Shown in pieces: positions 1-13,087 of a stretch of DNA of 64,000 bases. Every line of letters starts with the position of its first letter. The stretch's first letter is position 1. The stretch comes from Glaucostegus cemiculus. Lineage: Eukaryota. The stretch spans positions 20,460,001 through 20,524,000 of the forward strand of contig CDPCPM010000005.1 of NCBI GenBank assembly GCA_976551045.1. Reading direction: 5' to 3'. The notes beneath the pieces are model-generated. The model searched no databases, had not been told where the DNA came from, and worked only from the letters and a program-made list of their open reading frames with translations. The position numbers were made by a program, and so were the translations under genes.

Positions 1-391
1 ATGACAAAATGAAGGTATTTAATTTTAATTTAGAACATTATTCACCTTAAATTAGTGAATATATATGAAAAAGTGAAAATCTGAGCATGTAAATAAAAGT
101 GAATAATGTATGTTCTTTAAAGCTAAAGACACTTGGCTAAATTTTAGTTATACCCTGAAGAACTATACTTATTGGGCAAACAATAGTAAAAGAGCTGTGC
201 TAATGGAGGAGCACCAATAAATATCTTTAAAGATATCCCATTTTTTTCAGAAATATACAAGGTATTGTCTGTACAAAACAACTTATAGAACATCCAAGTA
301 ATTTGTCATTCTGAATGAATATAATTGCTAACAATCAGATTATTCCTGCTAAGGACAGTGGAAAAGACTAAAAGGAGTTAACGGCACAGTA

Positions 392-715
392 GGGTAGCAC
401 AGTACCACAGCAGTTTGCACTATTGTCTCACAGCTCCATAGACCCGGGTTTGATCCTGACCTTAGGTGATATCTGTATGGAGTTTGCATGTTCTCCCTGT
501 GCCTGTGCAGGTTTTCTCCTAATGCTCCAATTTCCTCCCACATCCCAAAGATGTGCAGGTTAAGTTAATTTGCAACTGTAAGTTGCCTGTTGTGTGGATG
601 GAAGATCGGAAAACCAGCGAGTTGTTAAGGCTAGTATGAGAGAATAGGTACAGGAAGTGGGGGAATAGGATTGATGGGATTTCTCTGAGAATCCGTATAG
701 ATTCAATGGACCAGG
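392..715 (+). mobile_element. V-SINE (HE1-like) tRNA-derived SINE, diverged
   Basis: tRNA-like head (gggtttgatcc B-box) followed by the V-domain core tggagtttgcatgttctccctgtg...tttcctcccacatcccaaagatgtgcaggtt. Confidence 0.85.
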
Positions 716-1030
716 AATCCAGTGTTTGAAATTATCTGGCAGAAACAACTGCTGACCTCTTTACATTATCTGGGGAAAGTTCTTAAAGCCAAATTTGATT
801 TTTACAAAAAAGCTTTTCTTCAGATAACTTACTAGCTCAAATGTTATTTTGTCAGCTGATAACCACATCTAATTTAGCTTTATCAATTAAACAAGCAGAA
901 GCTTACTGATGCAAAGTTATCCCACTTGCATTAACACTAAGAGTACACAAAAGTGGCTCTGTCTAACATATGTTTTGCTTTTATTACAAAAACTGTAAGA
1001 ATATTTGATGAAATATGAAAGAGGTGTTAC

Positions 1031-1443
1031 CTTGTATAGTGCGCTTGAAGAACGCTTTGCATGCCTCACATGAAGCAACACCGTAATGATATCCTGACGC
1101 TATGTCACCGCAGACCAAACATAATCTTTTGGGCATGGAGTTCAACATGTACTCGCACTTGGTCTGCGAGTCTTCGGCTATAGTGCTCGAACAGTCGTCG
1201 TATCGTTTACGGGAGCTGCCGTTGGTACCCAGGGTAGTCGTCGTGTAGAGTGGGGGAGAGTCCAGGCCATTCTGGTGTCCATTCATAGTGGAGCTGTAGC
1301 TCCCACTGGCGTCCGACGAGCCACCTGGACTGTGGTGATTGATACTATCTGTCAGCGAGGCAGGGCTGGATGGCTCTGTCTTAATGTATGATGAGCAGCT
1401 CGAATCAATGTGTCGATCCTTGGCTGACATTCTGCAGAGAAGC
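1031..1443 (-). CDS. ESRRG: Estrogen-related receptor gamma, coding exon 2 (413 bp; N-terminal AF-1 region and first C4 zinc finger)
   Basis: Translates (E)[64 protein letters not shown]...[42 protein letters not shown](G). This matches vertebrate ERRgamma rather than ERRbeta/alpha, with P-box CEACKA and the [12 protein letters not shown] motif. Acceptor ttttcacag|GCTT at 1444/1443; donor CAAG|gtaaca at 1031/1030. Internal ATG at 1430 starts the short isoform. Confidence 0.97.
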
Positions 1444-4400
1444 CTGTGAAAAGCATTGAATTAAAAACAACATTCTTTAGGGCCTTTCTGATAGGCAAGG
1501 GACCAAGCATCATTCATTCGTTAGTCAATACAAGTTGTTCTACACGAGCATAATCAGCATAAGGGCATGACAGAGGTTTATCAAAACTGGAGACAGGTAG
1601 TAAACAAAACATAAAGCAGGGGAGGGGTTGTGCAGAGGAGGGGCGGAAAGGAAAGAGACAATACACAAAACTATTCCCTCCAACAGCATTTCTACTACTC
1701 AAATTCTATCCCGGGAACAAGTTCTAACATTCACTACAGAACAGTTAATAAAAAGATAGGTTATCTGCATATAATCTTTCCTGGGTTATGGCAAAAAGAT
1801 TGACAAGATCTTAAAAATACTCATACACTGGGCAAAATCAGCACAGAAAGATTTGAAGCAATGACTGCAGTTAACACATTGGGATTTAAATGTGGGTTGT
1901 CTCAATATGCTAATAGAAAACTTGTAACAAAAAAGTACAAAGGCAAAAATCCCCAAAGATTGATTTAATAATTTTTCAATTGACACAAATTAACCCCCAT
2001 TTGAAAAACACAACCAAATCTTTGCCTTCAGTGCAGAGTGATATCAAATTTTGCATTGACAGCACAAAATGGAAAGAAGTCAATTCTTCACCCACAAAAG
2101 GATAAGATCATAACCTCCCAAATAGCTTTTTTCTGACAGAAAAGGTTTTCTTTGTTAAATATAGTTTTTAGAATTCCATTGCTCTTGCTGCTAATGTGAA
2201 TTTTAGTGCCGCTAATTTTAAATTCAACTGCAGATCAGAATAAAAACTAGCACCTGACAACTGGATTTATAGATAGTTGTGCATGTTCCAGTCCCACATT
2301 AATAGTGCCATGGAATTTCAAGGGGAGAGAGGGAGAGTGCACTAATAATTTCCAACTGAAGCCTGTGAACATAATGTATTGGAGAGCAGTAATTACAATG
2401 TAATAAGTGGAAGAGTAAGTACTCTAAATTAGAGGAATTCACAGAGCTGTTGTAAGTCAATGCACATTCAGCTCTCTCTAATGTTGACTTGGGAAAAATT
2501 TAATCCCCACTCTTTGCCCCGAGTGGTAGTCAAGGGATGGGAGAGATATCAATTAATTACTGCTCTCATTAACAGCACTGGCTGCAAGGAAAATTTGTTG
2601 CAGGCAAGGTCCTTGACTCATACAGTCTGGTAAAGAATGTCTCTCTGAAACCATACTGAGCTGGACAGAAAGAGCTGTTACCTGCTCGACACTTTAACCC
2701 CTTTCTATAATAACAAAGAGAAATGTATAGTGCACTGTTAGATAGTGAAGGACAACTGATAACTTGTTGAAGACAAATTTTAAAAAACTGCAGTTAAGTG
2801 TATGACCAAATGCAATTAAGCAACTATAAGGTATAAGGCAGGAAACTTACCAGTCAAAAAGGATTAGTATTTTTCCAGTCTTATTTATACCAATTAGTTC
2901 ACTGAATTCATTTTGCTAATAGCAAGGTATTAGTATCAGTTTTACCATTTATTTCCTTCAATTGCTAGGAGTCTCCTGTGTGCTTATGTGTATATATCTA
3001 CCTTCAGGTAGCTGGCTTATTCTGCCTCCAAAGTTAAATAAATCTCCGGGTATTGCAAAACAAGGTAGTGAAAGAAAACAGCTGGGACAAGGCAAAACAA
3101 AACTTAAATCCCTTGTTGGTTTTAGTCCATTGATGCATTGGCGCAACACAGTGACCTGTGCAATACTTCTACCACCTCTTGAGAATTTCTGGATTTCTCA
3201 GTATCAAACCAAAGATTTCTGCATGCTCTAAAAATTCCTTTAACATATTTAGTGCCATGCAGGTTTGATAAGATATTTGGAATGGACCCTTCTATGGCAT
3301 CAGCAACACTTTGGAATCCTTATCTATTCTGGAGTATTATGAACAAATATCTAAGGATATTACAGTCATATTTTTTTGGAGGACACTTTGAAAACTGAAG
3401 CACTTTGACCTGCAGATCACCAGCTGAAGAGATGGTCAGTACTTGGACTTGAATACTCCTGCCTCAGCTAAGTGAGTTTTGTTACTTCTTTGTTGGGCTT
3501 TGAAGAGGAGAAAATGACATCACTCAGCTCATTGCACTCCAGTGATTTCCAAAGCTCACACAGAACCCTATGAAGCCGACTATGACACCTTCTAAGGCAG
3601 CAAGTCATCCATTATGAGAAAGACAAATAGGATAGAAGTTCCCTCTTTTTCCTTATATCAAAAGAATATAGAGGCATCAAAATATGGCACCATATCTGTT
3701 AAACTGGATGAACCATTAAGCTTGACAACAGAAAATAATTTTGTTAAAATTATTGAATATTGCAAGCCTATATATTAGTAATTCTTTTGTCCAAACAGTG
3801 CCAACTAACATCGTGGCAGCAATATATTTAGCTTCTATTTACAAACCATTCAATGTAAGTGCTGTTGTGAAAATTATAATAGCTGCATCTACTTCTGACC
3901 CTCCCACATGTACAGACAGTAGAAAGATTCAGCATGCATGAATTTCTTGCTTATAATTCACAAGCTCAGGACAACAATGTGCTTTTTATTAACGTATTAG
4001 GTAATTTCTTAACTGATCTCTCCCAGATAAAGGTTAGTAATTAACTTCAACACTATACTATCCATATGAAAAAAAGTCGTAAATTCCACATTTTTGCAAA
4101 TAATAATTTCAAAATGTTAATACAATCGGTTTTGAAAAGTACTGAAATTCATCTTGAACTTGTGGCAGCTTACAACCAACTTATTTATATCTGAACTGAA
4201 TGTTATTTGAAGCCTTTGTTATGAATCAGTTTTCTTTACCATCTCATATTTTCTTCTTGCTCTGAAAAAGTTCTACAAACTGAATGAGCAGCCTTCACTG
4301 AATTTTAGATTAGCAGTTCAGAAAGTAATTACCGTAATTCTTTTGTGCTCCAGTGAAAGAATCCAGTTATGTTGTTAACTTTTCTGCTTTGAAGAACACA

Positions 4401-7400
4401 TTGTAATTCTTTTCTCTGCCTGACCTAATCGTACTCTCCACACAAGGTGCCAAAATATGGATCGGTCAATAGGAAAATGGCACCAAATGCACACAACATG
4501 GAACAGAGTAAAAAAACACATCTAGATGATACAGTATGTCAGGAATCAACACTGTAATGTACGATTTGGAAAACATGACCATTTCAGTGTGACAAGGTGT
4601 CATTATGGAATCTAAATGATACAATAGCTTGTCAGCTGCTGGAGCAAACATATCATCATTGCATTAAGGCATAGTGGTGAGGAGGGAATGCTTTTTTTTA
4701 TTTGGCAACAACTGCATTTTACAATGGTGCCTGAGATTTCTACAGGTAAGGATTAAAATCCTGAGTCTAGACAAAATGAAAGTCAGACAGTCAGTTTGGG
4801 GAACAAAATGAAATGCCTGTTGTTCCAGCAATTCTTTTTTTCCCTTTTTTTTAATTAGTATACTTAAATTCTAAATTACCACAATAGAGCTTGTGAATTT
4901 CTACAATAAAGGGCAGAAAGTAGAATACTCTATTAAGAAACATTATAGAAGGGATCTCTTGGAGTTCGGGGAGTTAAAAATGGCAGACAGCAGATATTGC
5001 AACAAGAAGAGTTAAGAGGAAACCTCGAAGCTTCAGACTGCAACTACTCATCAGAGTTTGACATTATGTCACACAATCCTCTTAATAGCAGTCTTTTACT
5101 CTCCTGGCAAGAAAGTGGCCATTGAAATACAACAATAAAGCAAACTACATTTGCTATAATGGAGCTAACACATTGTCTGAAAAGGATAAATTTAAAAGGG
5201 TCAAATACATACTGAAGGTATCTTGCATAAAAGAGAATAAATCTCCAATCTTCTTGCATACCAAGATATGCATTCTGCTTATCGGGAATAAGCAATTATT
5301 TAACAATAATTATCAACCTACTTCAAGTTATTTTCAGATTTTTTTAGTTAATTTTATTTCTGCTCAAATGTTGATTAAAATATAACAGAGCTTTTATGAT
5401 GCTTTCTGCATATATTTTGCCCCAATACTCCATAAAACTGCAGCAATCTGTATATTTGCCATCAAATCATGCAGCACACCATAAAAGATAAGTTCCTTAA
5501 ACATTTTTTAATGTCGGACTGGTATCATGGCTGTGGTGTTAATTTCACTTTTGATTACACACAGTCAAACAACCCAGAGATACAATTTCTTCCATAATAA
5601 TTTTTTCTTGTATAAAAGGCTTGAAAAACTGCACCAAAAACTTTAATTGAGCAGACCATAAAGAATAGCAAATTGAAACATAGCTTAAAACATTCTTTTC
5701 AATATCCTCACAAAATCTAATATAAACCAGGGCGATTTGATTAAGTAACTGTTGTAAAATTCCATTGCTTCTTGAATTTTATGAATCCTGATATATTTAT
5801 CTCTTTTCCCTTTTCACTAAGTGTCCCTCCTACTCCATTTTTGCTGTAACTCAATTATGGAACTTCTCTCAGTTGATCGAAAGATATCAAATGGTCAGCC
5901 TGTTACCCATCACTTACAATAAAGTTCACAAGTCTTTATCTATTATACCTGCCAGTTTGCAGAATGCAGTCATGTTCAATTATATAAATCAGAAGTGTTG
6001 TATTTTTTATAAATGCAACTTCATTTTTATTTCTTTTTTTTAACAAAGTGGCAAAGGGTAAGCTGAGAATTTATTGCCTAGGAAGAAAATCAAGGTTTCT
6101 AGTTTAGAGAGAGTTATTTCCACTTTCCCCATGCATTCTTTCATTGTCTTATTCATCTTTAATGCAGCTTGTTTTTTTTTCTTTTACAGAACTTGAAGAA
6201 AAGGAATCTAATCTTCTGATTTAAAAAAAACACATCAGTCCTGGTTTCAAAATCTTAGTTAGCACTGACAAGAGAGGGATCCAGTTGAAATAAACCTAAC
6301 TATCCTCTGACCCTAGTTTTTCAAATAGAGGAAGGAACAATGTTCATGAAGTAACTGTTCAAATACTCCCCCCTCCCCACCCACCGTTCAGCATTGTAAT
6401 CACATGAAGAAACACAAATAAGTGTTTCAACAATGTTGGTTACTAATGAAGTTGCTCTAGATACCTGCAGCATCAATAGACATGCTCAGCACTGTCACCA
6501 ATGATTCTAAAGCAGACACTGATGATCCCAAATCTACTATTTCATTTTTACAACTAGGCTAGCCCAGTTCTCTTCTAAATCTGATCAAATTTGAATGGAG
6601 TGGGTCAGTTGAGAAGCAGCAGTGATTAGTTGGCTCCAAGCTTGGCCTGTCAATTTTAAGAGGAAAGAGAAAATAAGGGAGATAAGCAGTTAAATTCTGA
6701 AAACAGGGGAAATAACTCAGAAGGCTGGATGTTGGAACAATGCACAACAGCAATATCCCCAAAGAAAATCCTGTCATGGCAGTTAGATTACTTATAAACA
6801 CAGCCATTAACATTCAAATTTATGTCAGCAAAAGAGGCCATGCAAGTCCCCCTTTATGACAGAGCAGATATTTTAACGTAGTTTTCTCTGCCATTATGTT
6901 ATTGTGCTGATTACTTCAAAAGCATTGCTGTTATAACAAGACTGAATTTAATGTAAGGGACATTCCAATAAAAATGAAATTATCCCCAATGTCCTGTTAT
7001 CCTCATTAAACAGAGATCTTGCACTGACTTGGATATACTAGAAATCAATCATTGCCTGGGAAAACAGATTCTTAAATAAATCCACAAGAAATACATTCCC
7101 ATTCAATTCAAGTAAATTGTTTTTTCACAAATTTAGGGAAAAAAAATTGGCCTTAAAATTTACTGCAATCATGCAGCAGATTTTAATAAATGTGCATGCG
7201 ATTTGCTGCACAGCTTGGTGCAGATATTCATTTACACTAGACTTGCACTTACCTTGAAAATAAAATGCACAGGATATGTTTTCACTGTGATGCTCCTGCA
7301 GTTTTCAAAAAAGCCCCACACGCTACACCTGTTCGGTTCTTTTGCTAAGCACAGAATGGCATTTCATCACAATCACTGTTTAACTGAATGTTTAGCCTTA

Positions 7401-7646
7401 GCATCTTGCACCATGCTGTCAGCTACCAGCGGGGAGTCATGGAGTTGTTGGCACATTTGATTTTACTGCCATTAAGAAACTGACTTTACACACTGATTGT
7501 CCCAGCTCCTGTTTCAGAAACTCCACGGTAACCACCTTCGTTTTTTTTTATGATGACACAGTGACAAGGTGATTTTATACACTTGGATTTAGTAATAAAG
7601 ATGTCAGTCAGGCCAAAAACCATCACGGCTGCTAATGAAGTCGTGT

Positions 7647-7711
7647 GGGTTGGGTGGGTGGGTTCGGTGGGGGGAGGGGGGGCGGGGTGGTGGGGGGAAG
7701 ATATAGTGGGG
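7647..7711 (+). repeat. G-rich low-complexity tract (G-quadruplex potential)
   Basis: gggttgggtgggtgggttcggtggggggagggggggcggggtggtgggggg. Confidence 0.7.
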
Positions 7712-8779
7712 AGGAACCTGAGATCTGTTCACATATGTACATCTAAGAGGGGTCACAGAGAGATGAAACTAAAGTGTAATTAAAGCCTATTTCATTAAGG
7801 GGGGGGCATCTTGATTAAATATAACAAGACTGTAAAATAAGCCCATTCCCTGTGCCTTGAGAATGAAAGTCATGTCTTTAACCAGATCAGATTCTATAAA
7901 TTGGTTGTCAGGAAAGGATTGTTGAGATTTATACCCATCTATCAGCCTACAGAGGTAGCTGTAGCTGAGCAGGCTGCTGTGACTCCCATCTGTAAAGCAT
8001 CTGAAATGTGAAGAAGGCCATCTGCTAAAGCCAGCGGCACAAGATCAAATTTGAATGATTATTTATTTACATTGAAAAATGTAAATCTCAGATTCTAAAT
8101 CAGTGACCAATTTTGAGAAGATCCCAAATAAAAACTTTAAATTCTACCATAAAAGACTGAAATGGTAGAGCTACTGCATTACTTACAGCTTGATTTGTTC
8201 AGCTCTGAGTAATAATGTGCATTATAATTGTATTTCAGTGTAACCCATGATAAAACTGCTTAAAGTGCATGTATAAATGCTGTACACTGTGTGCAGCCTT
8301 TAACCTTAGTCCTGATGTTATACCATTTTGCACAAGGTTCAGTCCAAAGCTAATTGATCACATCTAGTCTTTCAACTTCTTACCTTACCTATTATGTCCT
8401 CTGAGCTACTGAAATGGAGTGACAAAGCACAGAAAAAAATGGCATCATCCAAACAGTGCAAGCAAGATGGGGGTTGATCGGCAAATATCACACTGCTTAC
8501 AAGCATGAAACTACAAAGAGGTGCTCAGGTTGTGATACAAAAAAAAATGTCCAATGTGTCTTGAAATGAACATCGCCCAAAATAGATGGATGTCGTGGCG
8601 TCAGGAACAGCAACTTTAATGCTCATGGCACAGACATTTGTGCTAAATTACATGGTGCAAGCAAATAATGTCCCATCACTAAAATGTTCGACTTCATTTT
8701 CAATTTGTGGTCAACATTTTAAGCTTGAACCAGGATTTGATTACATTTGGAACTCCATGCAACGGCTTTCTTTTCAAGT

Positions 8780-11015
8780 GCCATCAAGCTTATTCCAACC
8801 ATAAAGTACCTTGCTGCCCAATCCAGTTTCTGAAGGCACTTCTGCCCCTTGTTTCATGCTGTCATCCCACACACCTGACCTTTCCATCACCACTTTTCAC
8901 ATTGCTGCATCTGCTTGATTACAAAGCCAAAGCAGAAGCTGCCGCTTTATTCCAAATCACATTGATCAATGGCATCCTAGTACATCCAGACAAAAGTCAA
9001 CCATTCCCAATGCATGTCCCTTAATCACCAACCTCCTGTATGCCCTTGCCTGTCCTGCTCATCCCACACTGTGCCATCCCAGTGCTTCAGCATGGCTGTT
9101 AGAAGACTGCTTACCTTCTGTAGAAGATCCTGAAGGGGCTGCTTTGGAGGTTCAGGTGTCAAGGCTGGCTGATGTGAGGAACATGGGTTCAGTGGCAATG
9201 AAGAAGTCACGTATGTCATTGCCTTGACTGCAAAGATACGAACGGAGTTGGAGGGTTGGCAATTTGGATTCCGTCCTCCCACAGTTCATGCTCTGCGCAG
9301 CCAGTGCCACTCTCCCTGGGCAGCAATCCGAATAATCTGTTGGAGGACAGATTGCTGGATACCATGGCACTCACAAGCCCTCTTTAAACAATGAAATCCA
9401 CAGCTGTGGACTTTTTTTGTAGCAGCAGTCTATGTTTCCGCTGAAGCTCGAGTGGCTTTAGCTTGTGCAGCAGCGAAAGCAGTAGCATCTTTCAGCAAAA
9501 ACTGCCACTTGAATCTGTGGGTGTGTGAAGGGAGTTAGTCGCCATTTCCACACGAGGACGGGTCCAAACACTGTGCATGTTGGTACTGGATTCCCACATG
9601 CTCACTGACAGTAAATGCACTGCTCCTGCTAAGCCTTCCAAATGCCCTCTGAGATTCCTCTGTAGTCAGACAAATGTGTAATCTCACTCACAGAAGAATC
9701 CTGGGGTAGATCAGATTGAATGGCAGGGCAGGCTGGAGGGTCAAGTGGCCTACTCCTGCTCCTACTCCAATTTTCTTGTGCACTTGTGTTCCCTCAAGCT
9801 ACTTATTCTCCTGCCCTGACTTTAAGCCACTTGTGCATCACTGGTGCAGATTCCACCTCTAAACCATGCAGTTTGAGAGCTGGTGACTGCGAGTGTGAAA
9901 TGTTGTGACAGTACGTCTTCATCAGCACTGTCCTCTTCCTTTTTTTTTATTGCACGGCCTCACCTTGAGTATCTGAAATGAAAAAACACAAGAGTAAGGT
10001 TGTGGAGCAGGGAGCAAGGGAAAGTAAGAGGTGCACACCTACAGCATTTGCAGCTTATAAATCAGAAGAGAATGTAGGTTGACGGACAGGTTAGATGGTG
10101 AAAAGGAGAACTTGTCTGAGAACATCAGCATCTATGATGGCTTCAGTCTTCCCATGGTCTGAGCTATGAACTTATTTGTGATGATGATCACCATCTAATC
10201 ATTTGGGGTTGGGACCAAGGCTGCTGCCTCTGGGTGTGTGACATCTTTACCCCCAAGAGAGAGGGTAGTGAGTCAGCAAGTGTCATGCAGTCTGTTTTGT
10301 GTGCTGTTTAAATTGCTGGCAGTATGTACAAAGTCTGACATGCGAGTATGAGGCGTTCAGTGGTATTAAGTATGTAAGTCTATGTATATCAGGTATGAGT
10401 CCTTATTGATGGACATTGTTGGTCAGTGAGTGATGGAGGCATGGTGAATTGAAAAGTATCTGAATTTAGGACATACCATCAAAGATGCACTTGCTGACCT
10501 TGACTAATAGGGTTCAGTCATGGGACTTTTTATGGCACCGAAGCTAGGTCCTCCACAGAAAACTCTGGTATTGATGTCAGGGTTATTTGTTCCCATTACC
10601 TTTTGACATGTATCCGGTAGGTCTTCCGACTTCCTGCGGATTCAGGACATCTCTCCTGCTTCCCATCTTCTTCATCAAAGCTTCTATCGCTACCTCTGAA
10701 AATTGAACTCCATTCTTTCCCACAGTATCCGAAGGCAGATACATTGTGGGATGCCCATGCACACCAGTCCCATCTCTCCTTTAAGGAGTGCTGGCTGTAA
10801 GCAGTGCAGGCTAATTTTAATTGCAGGCCACTCACTATATTGGATTCTGCTGAAGGATAGCAAATGAACAGCACGACTGGCACTAGCTGGAGGCAGGAAT
10901 CACAAAAATGAGCAGCAATAAAGCTGGCATGCTGGCTGCATTCCACTGAACAGGCAAGGGTTAATCATGCATCACAATCTCAGTAGCCATTTCATGGGCT
11001 ATTAAATTCTGCCTC
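8780..11015 (-). mobile_element. Degenerate PIF/Harbinger DNA transposon remnant carrying a Myb/SANT-like gene
   Basis: Minus strand 10725-10499 reads QFSEVAIEALMKKMGSRRDVLNPQEVGRPTGYMSKR*WEQI...RT*LRCHKKSHD*TLLVK|gtcag, a decayed Myb/SANT-like (NAIF1/MSANTD-type) domain. A later acceptor tttttttcatttcag (~9973) precedes an acidic EEDSADED segment. Outer boundaries are approximate. Confidence 0.7.
9703..9790 (+). mobile_element. CR1 LINE 3' tail fragment nested in the Harbinger remnant
   Basis: gatcagattgaatggcagggcaggctggagggtcaagtggcctactcctgctcct is a typical chondrichthyan CR1 3'UTR. Confidence 0.6.
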
Positions 11016-12304
11016 CGCCACTTCTAAAAATGCCTGTATGTATGTAAGAAAAAATATATAAATGTTCCAAATTAATACAAGATTCCAATACAATTCATGT
11101 AATTTATGCCCAAAAAATTAAATAAATGTTCCAGTGTTTCCTTCCACACAGAAATTGACCATCTAACAAAAAGGAGAAAGAAACTACATTGGGTTCAGTC
11201 ACCATGAGCAGACACTTAGCTTGGAACTACTGCGTGAACCAAACTGATTCCCGTCTTGTATCCCATGGAAAATATTACTTCATGTTGCCAGACTATGTTG
11301 AAGTTCCAAAAGCTTTGTGAAAATGATTGTAATTGTGAGACAGTTGCCTAAAAATTGAAGATTAAAACTCAATGATGGTCAGCAGCAACTAAGCACTGGA
11401 GGTTGAATGAGTAACTGGTCAATCTAAATTTCTGATTAAACTGCAGATTATATAAACAGTGGAAATCAGTACTCAGCAGGTAGCTGTTTCACTTTTACAA
11501 ACGGTTTGATGTTTTACTGTAAATCAAGTGCAACAATGGCTATTTCTCACTGAGAGGTTTTACTATATCCCACTTTTCTATTTCATCACTATTATGCTAC
11601 AGAGTTGATTTCTTTTTATTTCTTCCTTAATTCAGAATTATCTTAAATATAAATTCTACATTTCAAATAGATCACAATTTAAAATATGCCAATATTATAT
11701 AACCTTTTAATCTTGTAGTAGGTGCGATATATAAAAATGCAGTCAGCTTATCAGCTATTTTAGATTTTTATTTTAATACACATTAATTTAACAGTGTGAA
11801 ATATGACTCCTGTAATTGCATTACATTTTTTAACATCCAAACTAAATTTTTCATAGTGAGTTTAATAGATTAGTGTTAGATTGCAGCATATTTAAAACAT
11901 GTCCACAAATTTATTGTTGGATATTCTTTCTATAGTCAAGCCTTAAGGTCCTTTACAAATTTTGTTAAAAATGCTCTGTTAATTTTACTTTGTGCAGCAG
12001 CCTCAATTATTTTGATTCAGTTCGTCCTTGTGCTTGATCATGATCAGGCAGGATAACACCTTGGTTGTTGAGACTTATTCTATTTAGCAATGTTGTTAAC
12101 ATGTTAACATGAGGATGACTAAAGGCGGCACAAAAGATAGCTGAATGCAGTTGGGCATGAAGGGATGGGGCAGATGGGAAACAAAAGCCTCATGGATAAC
12201 CAGGAGTGGTTCAGGCTGTCAGTCATTGTTTCATTAATTGCCTTTAACAAATAGAAGTTCCAGAAAAGTTTATAAACAGAAGTTTACAAATCTTTCTTTC
12301 AGTA

Positions 12305-12415
12305 TCAGATGGGACTTGCTGCGTGCAAATTGGTCACTATGCATGCCTATATTGTACTTAAGAAAAATATTGGTTGTGAAATTCTTTGGTTTTGAGGATG
12401 TGGGAAGCACTTTTT
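12305..12415 (+). mobile_element. Old DeuSINE (SacSINE1-like) 3' fragment
   Basis: gggacttgctgcgtgcaaattgg...cctatatt...attggttgtgaaattctttgg resembles the DeuSINE/L2-derived tail. Confidence 0.45.
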
Positions 12416-12749
12416 CATTTTTTCCCCCTTTATCAACAATCCCAATTGTCACCTTATACTCTCTTATGAACGCACAATTGCTCATTGTTGGTGGAATGTT
12501 CCATTCCGGGTTAAATCCTGGAATAATGTAGCACACAAATGAAATAATTGCCCACTTTCTCCATTGCAGTCAGATAAAACAAAACATTTGTGAAAAATGT
12601 TAACATATTTACTGCTTAGTGTAACTTCACAGTTTGCTGCTTTCCCCCACTACTGAATGCACATTAGCTATCCACAGCAAAGGGTTAGAATCAATTTTGC
12701 AGGGATAATTGTTTATCTCCATATTTCCATATGACATTCCATTTTCTCC

Positions 12750-13087
12750 CATTGTCTATGTTGGCCCACAGACCCATCCGAATCCCCGGTAGCAATTTGC
12801 AATGGCCAATTCACCTACCAACCGAGACATCATTGGGATATGGGAGAAAACTAGAGTACCCAGGGGAAACACATGCAGTCATAGAAAGATGGGGTTGAGA
12901 GGGAAAAATGGATCAGCCATAATCAAAAGGCAGAGCAGACTCAAAGGGCTGAATGGCCTCATTCTGCTCCTATGTCATATGGTCTTAACTTGCAAACTGC
13001 CCATGGACAGCCAGTGAGGTCCAGATTGAACCAGGGCTATTGGATTTGTGGAGCAGCTGCTCTACTAGCTGCATCACTGTGCTGTCC
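12750..13087 (-). mobile_element. V-SINE interrupted by a CR1 3' tail (~12886-12987, + strand)
   Basis: Reverse V-domain (gggatatgggagaaaactagagtacccaggggaaacacatgcagtca ... aacttgcaaact) is split by gatggggttgagagggaaaaatggatcagccat...gggctgaatggcctcattctgctcctatgtcatatggtctt. Confidence 0.75.

Noticed and set aside
984-1030. C-terminal part of ORF 984-1430 ([14 protein letters not shown])
   Set aside because: Read-through into the intron past the CAAG|gtaaca donor. True ERRgamma continues in the next exon, outside the window.
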